This document shows positions 1-12,600 of a DNA stretch of 64,000 nt, in pieces (the first letter of the stretch is position 1; every line of letters begins with the position of its first letter). The notes under the pieces are model-generated. The model was given only the letters and a program-made list of their open reading frames with translations. It ran no database searches and was not told where the DNA came from. The stretch comes from Hormiphora californensis (Eukaryota; Animalia; Ctenophora), in contig CM035354.1 of NCBI GenBank assembly GCA_020137815.1, forward strand, positions 6,634,001 to 6,698,000. Reading direction: 5' to 3'. Position numbers and translations under genes: made by a program.

Positions 1-367
1 TCACTCTCAAGATAACAGAAAACTGAGCTTTAGGTACCAAGCTGAGGTTGTTTCCCCCTTTTTTCTCTCTCTCAGTCTCTCTCGGTCTCTGTGTCTCTCT
101 GTGTCTCTCTGTGTCACTCCCACTACATATTTGCCTGCCTCTTTCTCTCTCAATTCTATCCCACTTCAAGCTTGGTGGTGTAATCGTATTTCAATAAAAC
201 ATACCCCATGCTAAACTCCAGATACTAAAACTGTAAAAACTACTTGACAAGAAAGTTAGAAAGAAAAGAAAAGAATTTTGCATCTTCTTCAGTTCAGTGA
301 TAATTACCACCAATCGGAGTCTTATTATTCACTAATTCCCTAATTAGCACAGAGATCACAGTAAATA

Positions 368-1579
368 ATGGCGGACATAGAAGTCGAAGAGCTGGAAGTT
401 GAGGATCTGGAACTCGAAGATTTCAGTTGTGAGGTTGGAGATAGTGATGATGAAGCCGCTACAGAGGAGGTAATTGGTGCTGTTTTGGGTGTTTTTGAGT
501 GGTTTTGGGTTCTTTTAGGTGGTTTTGGGTGCACCCAAAACCACCTAAAAGAACCCAAAACCACTGGTTTTGAGTGGTTTTGAGTGGTTTAAATCATTTA
601 ATTTATCTAACGTGGTTGTACATGTGGGCCCTAATTCTAAAATTAACACGTGAGGGTGGGAGAGAGTGCATGTGTGGACACACTGATATGTTTAACTTCC
701 ATTGTAAACGAGTTTAGAATCACACTTCACAGCTTCACGGTTCGTGATTTTATCCGTCATTATTTCACACGTCACGGCCGAGCCACTTAACACCGTGTCA
801 TAGGACCCTTGAAATTATTTTAGGCCCAGGAAAATCATGAAGAAATGAAAAGTTGCGATAATTCACATGAATAGGAAATTGGTCACCATCCACTCCCGTC
901 CCAATTCCCTGTGCAGCTTCCATCAATTCTTCACTTTCCAGTCTCCACTTATCCACTATCCCTCAATTCCTTGCTTCCCATTCCCATATCTCAGTTACCA
1001 AACCTCCCTCTCCCATCCCCATCTCCCATATCTTGCTGAGTCAACAACCCATCTCCCTCAGTTCCTAACCTCTCTCATTGCCCCTACAGGTGGACATCTG
1101 TGGAATGTGTGGTCAGGTGATTGAGGGTCAGTTCCTCACCGCTCTAGACAACAAGTTCCACCCTGACTGCTTCTGCTGTGTCAACTGCAAGACCAAGATC
1201 GAGCCTGGTCAGGATTTTTATGAGAGGTAGGTGTTACTCCTAACCGGCCACCAATCCACCGTCCCCATCTCCCTCTCCTAACCCCCAAGTCGCCCAAGGA
1301 ATGATGAGCCCCATCTCTCCTCTTACTCAGTGTCCCCTTCTAAACCCTCCCCTTCCTTTCAGGAACGACAAGCCCCTGTGTGTTGGGTGCTACTACGAAC
1401 TATACGGGTACAAGTGCAAGATCTGCAGCGAATACATCAAGGGACAGCGACTAATTTGGGGTGACGATGCCTTCCATTTCCAGTGTGTCAAATGTACCGG
1501 GTGCAGCAAGGCTCTCTGTGAGACTGACGACCTCAAGGTAGTGAACAAGAAGGACTTCATCCACGTCAGCTGTTGTTAG
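368..1579 (+). CDS. Small two-LIM-domain (LIM-only) protein with an acidic N-terminus, about 152 aa, 3 exons
   Basis: Exons 368-469, 1090-1226 and 1363-1579 join in frame across GT..AG introns. LIM1 is CGMC..ALDNKFHPDCFCCVNC..LCVGCY; LIM2 is CKIC..FHFQCVKCTGC..IHVSC. The LIM pattern is paxillin/zyxin-like. Confidence 0.88.
498..565. repeat. Perfect palindrome (about 68 bp) in LIM intron 1
   Basis: agtggttttgggttcttttaggtggttttgggtg|cacccaaaaccacctaaaagaacccaaaaccact, embedded in ggtttt-type repeats. Confidence 0.85.
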
Positions 1580-3582
1580 AGATGTGAGATGCATCTGTCA
1601 GAGGTAGCGATCACTGATCAGAGAGATACGTGATCTGATCTGTCAGATAGGTAGTGAGAAGTGAAGTAAAGTGATCTGTGAGAGAGTAGTAGCAGAGTGA
1701 TGTGATCTGAAATGTGAGACGCCACTTTAGATTGACCAAGACATAAAGATGGAGAGAAGTACAGGTAAAGAAAATACGTCATATTTGCTAAAAAGTTTGC
1801 GATTCCCAAATAATTGATATTTGAATGATGTTCGAGACCGTGTAAAACAAAGGAACCATAATAGTTAAGAGACCATCAAGTGCAACAAAAAACCGCTTCA
1901 AGCGCACCAAATAGAGCTTCATCCATAAGCTAGCGCATTTGGAAATCATCGCTAAGAGTCTGCATCGCTGCCAACGCGTGTTTTATGCGCTGTCCCTGCG
2001 CTGGATAATTGATGGGAGCTTTGGGGACTCTTGAAGTGGTCGGCTGGAGTGTGGATCTGGTGGCCTGGTTGGCTGTCTAGGTTAGGACGTCTATCGGGTT
2101 GTCTGTGTTTGGAGCTTGATACTAAGTGCTCCCTGAGTCTATCATAGGCCGTACGGTAGAGGTGAGTCAATTGATTTTGAGCTATTGGCTCCAAATTCAT
2201 ACTGACTTCTGCAACGATTTAAAAAGGCTATAATAAATTGTTCTTTGGCGAGGAGTTGATTTCATTGTTTGACTTTATTGGGTCGTACCAAAAATACATC
2301 GATCGATTTGCCCCCTTTGTCTTCAGCTTCTTCCAAAAAATCTTTTGTTTCTCTCCAGCACATTTAAAAAAAACTCGTGCTGGAGCACCCATGCTTTTTG
2401 AAAAGTTTTCAGTATACCAATCATAGCTGCTGAATTCCTTTCTTCTCTGTTTTGGAAGCATATGTTTCTTACTCTTCTCTCTGCACCCTCTCTCTCTTTC
2501 TTTCTCTTTCTCTCCATCTCTCTCTCCGTCACTTTAGTGGTGGGGTGTGATGAAGCTTGCTTGGGAGGGGGATAAAAGAAGGGTATCATAGTTCATTCAG
2601 CCCTAACTCCCTTTCAAATTCAAATATAATATCTTTCCTCTTATTTTTGAACTCAAAGATATTATTTTCCCTCCCTCTCTCTCCCTCCCTATCTCTATCT
2701 CTATGTCCCTGTATTAAATATCTCTCTCCAGCTCTGTCAAATGCTAGTGCCATTTGAACTTATTTGGATGGTTACAATGATATACCGCAAAGCAACCACC
2801 CCCCTATTCCACCACCCGTGCCAGCGAGGGTAGTTTACTGTTTAATATCTACAAAAATACTTGCAGCCTTGTGTGCATAGCATCATATTATAATTATGAT
2901 TAGGTATTAGCTATCTCCATATCTGCATCTATTATTATTATTATAGTTACCTATTAGCTCTCGGCTCCTACGGGATCGGAAGCGACGAATTAACCCCTGA
3001 TCCCTTGCCAGCGCGCGAAGGAGTTAATTCGTAACCAACGTTAACACGGGTCACACCAAGTAGGTACCTAATTTTAATAAATGCGACTAATCACTAATCA
3101 TAATGATAAGCCGAATCAAGAATGCATATTTTGAGTAATATCTTTCATATTACAAATCCTCTCTCCCCACCACCCCCACCTCCCCCTCTCTCTATCTCCC
3201 TCAGCTCTTATCATGTGTAAATGCAAACCCTTGTTTATTGTTAACATCGATCCTTATCTCCCTACCACCACTCCAGGCGCAGAACGTCTCTCTATCTCTC
3301 CTTATTCTCTGTTTGACGTTTTCGTGCTGTTGCGTGTGTGCAGTAGGTTCTGCATTGAGCCCGGTTCCAAGATTGGGTGCCATCCCAGTACCTTCGAGGA
3401 TGTGTCTTGATCATGAAAAGAAAGGACGGACCTACAAAGCTCTTTATTATTCTTGATCAGTCCATGTTGATGCAGAGGAGCTGATTTCTTTGGGCCTGCC
3501 GGAGATCCCTCTATTTTTTATTTCCTCTCTCATATCTCTCATATCTTCCTCCATCACTATTATATGTCTCTCTATGTCTATG

Positions 3583-3659
<77 letters not shown>

Positions 3660-4012
3660 TCACTCTCTCTCTCACTCTCTCTCTCTCACTCTTTCCATCT
3701 CTCTTTCCATCTCTCTCCTTTCCTCCCTCTCTCCCTCTCTTTCTTTCCTTCTCAATCTCTCAACTTTCAATCTCCAAATTGAGCAACGAGCTTTGTACCC
3801 TTCCTTTGTTGACCAGCCTACTACACGGTGTGCTCCTGATGATCTACATGTGCAGCTATCCGGAATGGTACTTTCCATCTTCATATTGACAACTGGTGAG
3901 TGATATAATTCCGAGTCGTATGATTATAGCAACAAAGTGTTTCTGAGTCTCATGTTTATAGAGTTTCCTAGCAACGAATTGTATCCGAGTCGGATTGTTT
4001 CCTAGTAGCATT

Positions 4013-4086
4013 TGTCAGGCCAATGCTTTGGCCACAGTTCTCGCTTTGAAAGAAATGAGAATAGGGTCAGGCCAATGCTCTGACAG
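4013..4086. repeat. Short dispersed repeat; inverted second copy at about 33816-33897
   Basis: tgtcaggccaatgct..ttgaaagaaatgagaatagggtcaggcc..tctgacaga is the reverse complement of tctgtcagagcatt..ggcctgaccctattctcatttctttcaa..cctgaca at 33816. A further fragment lies at 34427. Confidence 0.7.
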
Positions 4087-4786
4087 AGTTGCATGGCAAC
4101 GAATAGTTTTCTATTTGGTGACTAGTTCAATTGTTGATCTCTAGGTGAAACTGAGAGTGATAACAATTCCAGCAAAGAGATCAAACAGATTACAGATAAC
4201 TCTTCCCCCTTACTCAACAAGATCAAACAGATATGACCTGTCTGAAATGGTACGAGATCGGCTGGATGCAGCTGTTGTAGTAGCGTAGTTGAATGGGGGT
4301 TAACTAAGTCGCCAAGCTTACTGCTTAGTAACTGATTAGCTGAAGTTCTGACAGGGATCTTGATCAATATCTGTCTGGCGCCGCGTGCCCCATCTGAGCG
4401 CACTGAGAATCAAATCGGGGTCTGGCAGCGCTAGACAGATCAATATCATTCAATGATTTAAAGTCCAATTCTGTAACTAGGATTGAAAGATGATTTGGTA
4501 ATAGCTATCAATAGTTCATTTTGGTGATCAATACTATTTATACTTATAGAACTTCATATTTTAACATTTTATGATCGTTCTTCAAGATTATTTCAGCGAG
4601 ACAATGCCGTTTCAAACCAACCCTATCTCTTATTTCTCATGAGATCTCATGAATCAATTTTCCTGTGTGAACGGGGCTTTAATAAAACATCGCTTTTTGA
4701 CTGCCATTTACCCAAGCTTGATTGGCAGAAGCTCTGTCAGGGAGATATTTATAGACAAGGGAGTGAGAGAGAAAGACAGAGAGAGT

Positions 4787-4866
<80 letters not shown>

Positions 4867-5459
4867 TCAGAGGTCCTGAATGTATTGTCTTTCGACATTA
4901 GCATAAATCCCTCTGCTTTGCGTTGCCTCACAATACTGTCCTTTACGCACCGTGAGGCCTGCTACGTGCGTAGTGATCGTGTAGTATGACAAGCCGAGTG
5001 GCATTAAAATTAAAATCCGAACCATAATTTATTTGCATTTCGATTTGAATTTTCAGTGACTATTATTTTTGGCTCTAATGACAACTGACAACTTTTGGCT
5101 CTAAAACAACTTTGTTTTCTGGGGTTGACAGATAAATGATTTCTGTCGTTTCCCACATCACCCACCGCGAATGATCGTCCCCTTCGTTCAATGTGTCAGC
5201 ATATTTATTTGTTAACAGTATTTGAATCTGGGAGAGGTTTCAGAGCGAATTGTGACTTGAAGATTGGGAGAGAAAGAGTAAGGTATTAAGTTTTTTCGTG
5301 CATTGTCTCTTCCTCTATTGCTCCACAGTGCAGTAAAGACCACTGTGTTATTTTCTATTTTCTCTTCCTGAAATTAATTCATTTCAGCAGCCGTGCTCCG
5401 TTATTCGTGCAATACAGCTTTTAGCCGCACCTTGCATCAATGCATCATGTTGGTACGCG

Positions 5460-5532
<73 letters not shown>

Positions 5533-6275
5533 TTTCTTCCAATTTCAAGGTAACGGGCGTGACGTCATAGTCACGATGCGAACAATTCCATATCACACAA
5601 TCGGGTCAAATTTATTTTTGCATGGAAAGCATTTGCATATCCATACAACGAGCATCTATCGACATCGTATCTATTTATTAATTTATTTGTTGAAGTAACC
5701 CTATGTTGTTATCATTTATTTGTATCAAAATTTAAAATTTTTAAAGAAGTTATAGTTCCGAAGAAGGAAAATTAAACTATTGCACCACGGCGGGTCCCGG
5801 CCTTGGTCAACCTGGGGTACACTGATTTCTCATCTTCCCTTTTTCATGCTATCTTTCTCTCTCCCTCTTAAATCACTCTCCCTCCCTCCCTCTCTCTCCG
5901 GCCTCTCTCAGTCCCTCTCCCTCCCTCTCTCTCTCTCTCCTCTCTCCCTCCCTCTCTCTCTCCCTCTCCGCCCGTCCTAAAGAATTAGAGAGGGGACACC
6001 CAGGACCTTCTTCTCCTTGAACACAAGGAGGGGGATCACGTGTCATTGCAAGTTGGTGTCATGTGACGCGAGAGTCACGTGATCGCCGCACAACAGTCGC
6101 CGCCACGCAGCCCGACACAACTTCGCCCCCTACGGCACCAGGGTGTATTATACATGCACTGTGATGACCTACTATTTTAGTTTTCCCTTTTTTGGTTTGT
6201 TTTATCAGTTTGAAGCAAACGAAGCTTCGTTGAAGTTGAGAGAGAGAGAGAGAGTAGAGAGATGGGCAGTTGTAT

Positions 6276-6625
6276 GTGGGATGGAGGACGAAACTGTCAA
6301 ACACGTACTCACAGAATGCCCACTACTGTGGAAACTTCGACAAGAAGTATTCGATAAACTGTGCGTGACTTTGGACGACATAAGACACCACCTGCCCTTC
6401 CAAAAAACCGTCACGTTTTACCGAAGGGCGGAGAAACTACTACACCCCGAGGACCCTCACCCGGCCTCTAGGTAGAAAACACCACGACTCCAAGAAGTAC
6501 ACCCCAGGAATCTAGAATTTCTGGTCGGGGTACCTCAAGGCTGGGGAACGTAACCATTGTGCTACATCCCTTCATCTCAGCCCCTCACGGGGCTGAGACA
6601 GCCTCTACGAAGAAGAAGAAGAAGA
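6276..6625 (+). mobile_element. 5'-truncated non-LTR retrotransposon (3' end) with a 16-bp TSD and a (GAA)n tail
   Basis: TSD agatgggcagttgtat at 6260-6275 and 6626-6641. The ORF2 C-terminal zinc-knuckle remnant reads GMEDETVKHVLTECP. A 3' UTR hairpin (tctcagcccc-tcac-ggggctgaga) precedes the gaa repeats. Confidence 0.88.
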
Positions 6626-8440
6626 AGATGGGCAGTTGTATCATGAAGAGAGATTGTTTGATGTCCTTTGAATAAAGAGAACCCCAAATTAACACCACAG
6701 TTCGCCTGGTAAAGTTTTCAACCCACTTTTTACCTGCCTCCGGCCTTTCTTTGCTCGCTCTCCCTGTTGATCTCTCCAATGGTAGCTCGCTCTCTCTCTC
6801 TCTTTCTCTAATCTCACACAATCCCCCTCACATTCTCTCACCTGATCACGCTCTAGACGGGGTAACACGACGCCTTCTAACCAACAAGTCTGTCCCTGGC
6901 TTTACCTGTCTCTGAGCTGGGACCCCTAATTGGACAGTAGACGAAAGAGATTCAACCATCTTGTTTTTCAGCCGCTGAGTGAGAGAGTGAGAAAGAGAGG
7001 GGGCTCGTGTTACCGTGAATTTCAAAAACGAGAAGGGCCATGTAACGTTTTACGTTTTTCAGTAGCCATGTCGCGTTATTATAGTCATCTCCTTCACCCC
7101 ATCTCTTGTTTCTTTCCGGCGTCTCGACATAACGGTACTATTCTTCTCTCTCCCTCTCTCTCCCCTCTCTCTCCCTCCCTCCTCTCTCTCCCTCTCTCGC
7201 TCTCAAATACTGCACTTCTCCTTCTTTCTCTCCCTTGACGAGCTCTCTTATCTCTGTTGGTGATCACTAACTAGTGTGTTTGCTGTTGTAAGAGTTCACC
7301 GCTCAGGAACTCCTGTTTTTACCGGTTAAATTATTATAGTGATTGTTACTTGATTTAGTATAAACGTAACGTGATTAAGCGAATCATCGTGAGGCTAAAT
7401 CTTTATACTTAGGTATTATCCTTCTAGAATTAGGTATTATCCTTCTAGAATCTCGTCTGGGGACACCAATCCGTTAGTTATGCCTGCATTTTAATAGCTG
7501 CATCGATCCCTATATCGTTTTACTTTTATTATTATTCAAGAACAAGCTCTGTTTCTGAAACTATAATAATTCGTTAGTAAGGTGGTTAAAATGCTGCGAT
7601 TCTCATCTTTATCGAAATTATTCTGTTTGTGTTCATATTCCAACAGCTTTCAGATTCAAGATTTTGAATACCTTACTCCCAAGCTCCTATATTTCAAGGA
7701 ATTTTTAAATAAGAAACTTTTTTCTAAGAAACCACAAGAGTTAGCAATCCAAAAAATAAGAAACTTTCTCTTTTATTAAGAAACTAAACAAGTTAGGGGT
7801 TTCTTATTTTGTTGGGGTGTCTCCGAATTGTGTAATTTACCCGATTTGAAAGTTTGTTTCAAAAAAAGTTTCTTACTAAAGCGTTACTTTAAAAACAAGA
7901 ATAAGGTATAACTCCTGTAAGCTGGTCAATATGAATTTAACGATCTAAATATTGCATCTCTCTATAATAGAGATGGAGATTAAATATTGTTTCTAATTTG
8001 TGATGGTTCTTATAAAGTAAATATGGGTAATAACGCAGTAAACATATAACAGGTGTCGTAAAAACTGTCGCGACTGCTTCACTTTGATATTTCTCAATTT
8101 CTATCAGCTATCATAGCATGCCCTTTGTTTCTGAGCATGATAGTTTTCCAAGATTTTGGGTAGTTGCAACAAACAAACGGCTGGGGCGTGAATATTTGAA
8201 ACCTAAGACTCTGTTTAGAGGCACGCATGTGAGCTTAGAAACAGCCCCCAAACCCGCTTCCTCACTAAAAAGACGATGGGACTGTATTTTTTGAGGGGTG
8301 ATCATTATTTCCCTGCCATGTTGAACTATCTTTTCTAAGGAACCAAGTTCAGAATGTTTTAAGTTTCGGTGCAGCTTGATTTGGATTGTCAATACAACTG
8401 TTATAACATGTTATAGTCGGAACTCTATTTCTATCTTTTT

Positions 8441-8901
8441 CCCTCTCTCTAGCACATCCAGTAACTCAGATCTTCCCTCTCTCTAGCACATCCAGTAACT
8501 CAGATCTTCCCTCTCTCTAGCACTACCAGTAACTCAGATCTTCCCTCTCTCTAGCACATCCAGTAACTCAGATCTTCCCTCTCTCTAGCACAACCAGTAA
8601 CTCAGATCTTCTCTCTCTAGCACATCCAGTAACTCAGATCTTCCCTCTCTAGCACAACCAGTAACTCAGATCTTCCCTTTCTAGCACAACCAGTAACTCA
8701 GATCTTCCCTCTCTAGCAAATCCAGTAACTCAGATCTTCCCTCTCTCTAGCAATTCCAGTAACTCAGATCTTCCCTTTCTAGCACTACCAGTAACTCAGA
8801 TCTTCCCTCTTTCTAGCACAACCAGTAACTCAGATCTTCCCTCTCTAGCAAATCCAGTAACTCAGATCTTCCCTTTCTAGCACTACCAGTAACTCAGATC
8901 T
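8441..8901. repeat. Tandem minisatellite, about 35-37 bp unit, about 13 copies
   Basis: Unit ctctagcac(a/t)(t/a)ccagtaactcagatcttccct repeated head to tail with no unique spacers. Confidence 0.95.
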
Positions 8902-9667
8902 GAATATCTTACCACCTGTCGCTACTGTGGAGCATACCCGACACATCATGGGATCTATCGTGTGAGTGGAACTTTCCTTTTTATACTGTACAGTTAAAAA
9001 TTATATCAAAATTCCTTACTTGGCGTTTGATCCAATCAAAATAGCACGTCGTAGAAGAAGTGTTAGGGAACCATGGGGTCAGGCATGTTCACATTTTAGA
9101 TATTGGCTGATTTTCAATGTGCCCCTTAATTATTTAACCCACCGACTTGCTACCTGTTAGATGTTGTGAGAAAGGGGCAAGACTCAAGAGTGCTTGATCG
9201 TTACTGATGAATATGTGAATAATGAGTCAGGTTCAGGGACTTGTTCTCGTCATGGCCTGGAAAATTTCCCACGTTCCGTCTAAAGTCCGTTATTCTTTCT
9301 CCCTATACCTTCTCTTTCTCTCTCTGTCTATCCCTCATATTTCCCCACTTTATCTGTCTAACAAGAACCACAGCGTGACACATCAAAACTGCTAAACCGT
9401 CGCCAAAAGATCACATCCTAACTAGGAAGAAAGGGGAGAGAAAGAGAGAGAGAGAGAAAAAGAAAGAAAGAGAGAGAAAGATAGAAAATTGTCTGATGAT
9501 TGTGGCAGTTTTCCTGCCCCACAGAGATAAGAGAGTTCACATTTCCAGTTTATCAGTTGGAAAATCTCGCATGCATCACAATAGTTGGTCGTCTAGTTAG
9601 TTCCGTTTTGTTCCTCTCCCTCCCTCTTCTTGCACCTCGCGTCGTGGTCCTCTCCGAATCCTGAAAT

Positions 9668-12600
9668 ATGTCTGAAGTGCTCAACCACCGACCAACCTCT
9701 CCCATCCCTGTGCTCCGGGTACTGCGTCCCTACTACGGCCACCGTGTCCGGTACCATAGCAACAATAACGATCACCTGCACCCTCTTCCACCCTCTCCGG
9801 ATAAGGATAAAATCATCAAGGACGTGTCACTTAGTAGTGCCAGCCCTAATCATAGTGACGAGCTATCTGAACTATCTGCTTCCTCCCTCCGCTATGCGGC
9901 ACTTCTTAATGAGAGGTAATATAGGGAGCAGCAGCTCGGGTCAGATTTAATCAGAGATAGATTGGGAGATAGCTGGTAGGGTGGTCATATATATTGGAAG
10001 TTCTGTGAGATAAAATAAGAGGGAAGCTAAATAGTGTCGGTTTGTATCTTTATTAGGTAGAAAAGTAGAATAAGTTAAAATAATTTTGCTGAAACCCATA
10101 CAATTTCTAAATATTTGACACTTCTCCGAGGTGCCAAAACTCTCAAATATAGGGCTCGAAATATAGAACCCCCTATCTTAATATTTAAGTTAACGTAGGA
10201 CAGGTCCCCGGCACTGGTGTCTGGGCTCCCAGTCGTTCATAAATATACGACCTCCTTACCATTTCAAGATTTACAAATTTCGTTGAGTATTGCTCAACTA
10301 TCAGTATATACTAGTACTACATATTTAAACTGAAATATATTTGATCTTCATGGCTTCGTGTGCGGTGACGCTGCAATCAAATATATAATTGAACATATAA
10401 CACCCCTCCCTCTATCTCTCCAGGGAGGAACGCAGAACGGTGACCCTTGGATCACAGACGAGCGCCTTCGCAAACCCACGAAGCGGGACTTCTTCTGGTG
10501 ACTACCCTGACACTGATATGGTAAGTTGAGAGTTGGGTGAGGTAATACATGGTAGTCCAATAAATATCAACAAAAATAGATGGGTTGCTTAGAATTAAGT
10601 TTAGAGGGAATTGAGAGTGGGGGAGAGAGAGAGATACTGCTGCAGAACGCATAGCCTGAATTTATTTCTCGGTTACGGGCTTTTACGGGCCCTGAAAGTT
10701 GAAAAGCCGGTAACCGAGAAATGAATCGCAATGAGAAATGTGCATCTCTTCAGATTCAGAATGAGGGATAGCTATATGGAGCAAGTTATTAAAATAGAAT
10801 CGAGATGTCCTTGCTCCATCCTCTCTCCCCCAGTTGAGTGAGAAATACAATAGGCGCATAAATTCTAGCTGACGATATTTTTATCATCTCTGTTTGGGAC
10901 CCCAGTATATTTAGTAAATCATGGAACAACACCTTTATTGTTCGACTCAACAGCACCAGGTAAATTCTTTGTTCTCCACCAGAGAGAGTTACCATGGTAA
11001 CACCATTCATTTGGCCGTTTTCAGCCGTTTAGGAGTTTTGACCGTTTAGGAGTTTGAACACTGACTAATTTTATTTCCGGCCTTTTCGTGGAATTTTATG
11101 CATATCTGTCTCATTTATTAGACTGCCAATTTGTAAACCGCCAGTAACCGTCTCGATACCCATATTGCACACCGTTTATCTTCTTCAGATATTATCTTAT
11201 CTCCTTTTAATTTAGTAAGAAGGTATGTCAGGGGAAACTCTAACTGAATGGCATCCCATTAATGGGATCCCATCAACAGTAAAACTCTAACTGATAATGG
11301 ACCACAGTGATGGTTCTTTCTCTGTATTCTCTCTGTAGGCAGTACATCTATGTACTGCCTACAGAGAGAATACAGAGAAAGAACTATAGGGCATGCCCGG
11401 GCACGGGCGCGCACACAGAGAGAATACAGAGAAAGAACCATCACTGTGGTCCATTATCAGTTAGAGTTTTACTGTTGATGGGATCCCATTAATGGGATGC
11501 CATTCAGTTAGAGTTTCCCCTAAGGTTCAGGTGCTTCATGCAAGATAAACTCAATTTAGAAATCTCTCTTTCCTGTTGCAGTACTGGTCCCCTCACACCA
11601 TGTGCGTATTGAGCCTTGAATTAAATCACTAGCTGGTGAGTGAGAGAGAGAGAGACCCGCTGGTGAAAGCAGTACCGCGGGTACTGCAGCTGATAAGGGC
11701 TGTTTTCCCACGGCGCACATGCAATGAGGCCTGAGGGATTGTATTTTAGGGGGTAGGAAGCGGGCACGAATATGCCGATAAAGTAACCGTATTAGAACGG
11801 CAACGCGGTCGTGCGGAAACCCAGGAAAATACATGTGAGAGTCGTGAGAGAGGGACAACAAATGAGAGAGGCCGAGGGAACTGGGACCGCTAATTGAATT
11901 GGCTGCTTGGCAATTATTAAATCTTCATTGATCAGGGATCTTTAGTAATTAATTGACCAGGCCACCCCAGCTCAGATGCCTACATGGTGAAAATAGAAAT
12001 CGGAATGATCCCGGTTATTCTCACGGCTGAGTAGGGGGCGTGGGAAGTTCCCAGTTGCAACTGATTCAAGCAGATCTTATCTGCACGTGAGAAAATGGCG
12101 CGCACAACAACGCCTCCTCCACTGCCTTCTACAGTCAAACAGCTCTCCCTCTTGCTTCCCTCTTGTTACACACACAGGTCTTTCTTTCTCACTTCATTGT
12201 TTAACTTTGCAACACTCTCTCCGTACTAAGTAGTTGAACCACATTCCGTCCCTCAAGTAGGGGCCCATTTTGTTTTATTTGCCACGCCTTTATCACTTCC
12301 CCTCTGCATTTCTTGATTTTGACAACCTCCCCATTTTGAATTTTGACTCAAGACGATACTTAGTGTTGAACTTGAATATCATGGCAAGAACACGAGCACT
12401 CTCCAGACTCCGAAATCCAGAAGGAAAAAGGTTCCACTACTTTGAAAATTCTCCAGTTTTGCCTTTTCCATTCTGCCCGACCTCAGATGCATCTGCCGCC
12501 GTACAGCTAGCTGAACACTGTCTAAACAAGCTTGGGATTCCCACCTCCACCACCCTACATCGCTCCATCTCTACCTCCTCTAATGCCTCCCTCTCCATCT

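Noticed and set aside
3205-3900. Exon-like segments with a plausible acceptor (3204) and donor (3896)
   Set aside because: I found no consistent reading frame and no recognisable product.
8441-8901. CRISPR-like periodic array of about 36 bp
   Set aside because: There are no unique spacers and no cas genes, and the context is eukaryotic. It is a plain minisatellite.
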